Shown: piece after piece, positions 45,100 through 46,375 of the stretch | How positions within the stretch are numbered: position 1 is the first letter of the stretch | Layout of the letters: every line of letters begins with the position of its first letter | Source: Octopus bimaculoides | Lineage: Eukaryota | NCBI RefSeq assembly: GCF_001194135.2 | Contig: NC_068981.1 | Span: 199,325,593-199,371,967, forward strand | Direction: 5' to 3' | Length of the DNA: 46,375 nt | Notes under the pieces: model-generated | Databases searched by the model: none | What the model was told of the DNA's origin: nothing | What the model saw: the letters and a program-made list of their open reading frames with translations, nothing else | Made by a program: the position numbers and the translations under genes

Positions 45100-46090
45100 C
45101 ACCCCTTATTTTTCAAGCACCTTCCAGAGTATTCGAGCAGTTCCAAGCAGTGCAGTTTTCTGCAAGTGCTCTACTCTTATTGCAGTCCCTATTTGTTTCC
45201 CATATTTCTCGAGATTTTTGCTCAGTTTCCAGTGACTTTTGTTTATTGTTCTCTGACAATTATTGGCACTACTACTGCTACCTTTTTCATCGACCACAAC
45301 TACTTAACTTCCCAAGCTAACCTGTCATATCTCTCGACTTTTCTTTCTTCCTTATCACATACCTTGTTGTGAGCTGGAAATGCTATATCTATGATCCAGC
45401 ATAGTTTGTTTTCTTTCTCAATTAAGACTATGTCTGGCTTCCTATTCTCAATCTCATGGTCGCACTGAATCATAAAACCCCATACGATCTTTGCATTTCC
45501 ATTTTCGACGATGCCTTCAGGTTTGTGGTCGTACCAAATTTTTGCTCTGTCAAGTCCATACTTGTTGCAAAGTGTCCAATGGACAAGCCTGCTTATATTG
45601 CCATGGCTTCTCTTATATTCCTTCTGGGCTAGTGGCGTACATTGCCTGGTAATATGCCACACGGTTTCACCGTTTCGTCCACAAATTCTGCACTTATCAC
45701 TTTCTGATGTGTTGTCTATTCTTTATTTTTTGTAGTTTGTTCTTAGTGCTTGATCTTGGGCACCACAGATTAGAGCCTCCGTTTCCAGTTTTAAATCACT
45801 TTTAATCATTTATAGCCATCTTTTTTCTCTGTCTGTTTTATCTTCAACATCCCTATGAAATTGACCAGGCATTCTTTTCTTTACTCACCTATTTTCAGTT
45901 TAATTCGTTTTCAATTTCTTGTACAGTGCTTATCTTTGCAATCTTCCATCCTGCACAAGCCTGACCTTCTTCTAATAATAGTGGTTCTGTGGCATTTTTT
46001 ACATACCATTCTATGTTGACTTCTTTTTGTTGGTACATACAGTCTGTCTGTGTCACTTTTTTGGGTGGAGTATCCCATATCTAGTCAGTA
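45100..46090 (-). mobile_element. Dong-type LINE fragment 4 (CCHC and RLE)
   Basis: ETVWHITRQC, WGFMIQCDHEIENRKPDIVLI...IIDIA, KVERYDRL and LQKTALLGTARILWKVLEK. Confidence 0.9.
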
Positions 46091-46091
46091 A

Positions 46092-46375
46092 ATTATTATT
46101 ATTATTATTATTTTATGTTTGACTTTTGTTTTGCATTTGTACAAGTTGGATCTAAGTCTCACCCAGAGACCTCAAGAGACAACAAGTTAGAAGTTCATGT
46201 AGGTGTTATGCCTAGGGTACCATATATTTGGATTTGTACAGTTTTGTTCAAGTGAATGTTTAAGAAACCATAAGAAAATTATGTGTTTGCTTTAAAATTT
46301 GAGATCACATAGACAGTATTTTACGTAGGATATGGGCAGTTCCCATGAGCACTATCTTTTGAACTTCAGCCATTT
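46092..46375 (-). mobile_element. Dong-type LINE 3' end 5, runs off the right edge
   Basis: VQKIVLMGTAHILRKILSM*, then a 3' UTR and (ATT)n at 46092-46112. Confidence 0.85.

Overview
This is animal nuclear DNA from a draft assembly, with N-gaps at 2335-2477, 3789-3798, 7368-7405, 8195-8791, 12204-12743, 18363-18372, 23058-23349, 26983-27535 and 44790-45099. The repeat repertoire matches what I recall of octopus genomes; this is recollection, not a database search. I can support no intact host gene, so the window looks intronic or intergenic. It is dominated by decayed retroelements: R4/Dong-type (RLE) LINEs, including one near full-length copy and a stack of five 3' ends joined through (AAT)n; RTE-clade LINEs whose RT carries an embedded PHD-type finger, plus many copies of their (GAT)n-tailed 3' end; BovB-like RTE and CR1-like scraps; tRNA-derived SINEs; and a decayed Ty3/gypsy element split by an inverted solo-LTR-like insert. 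Mini- and microsatellites fill much of the rest. The strongest candidate for a new system is a tRNA-headed, SINE-like element that ends in a minimal Penelope-type hammerhead ribozyme. It occurs as inverted pairs at two loci, and two other hammerhead-like motifs lie elsewhere in the window. Also notable are a solo LTR with a heat-shock element, a UPRE and a TATA box in series, the PHD-in-RT LINE, the TAA-targeted Dong stack with a likely non-autonomous passenger, and a 557-bp fold-back. All alignments and translations were done by eye, and most element boundaries are approximate.
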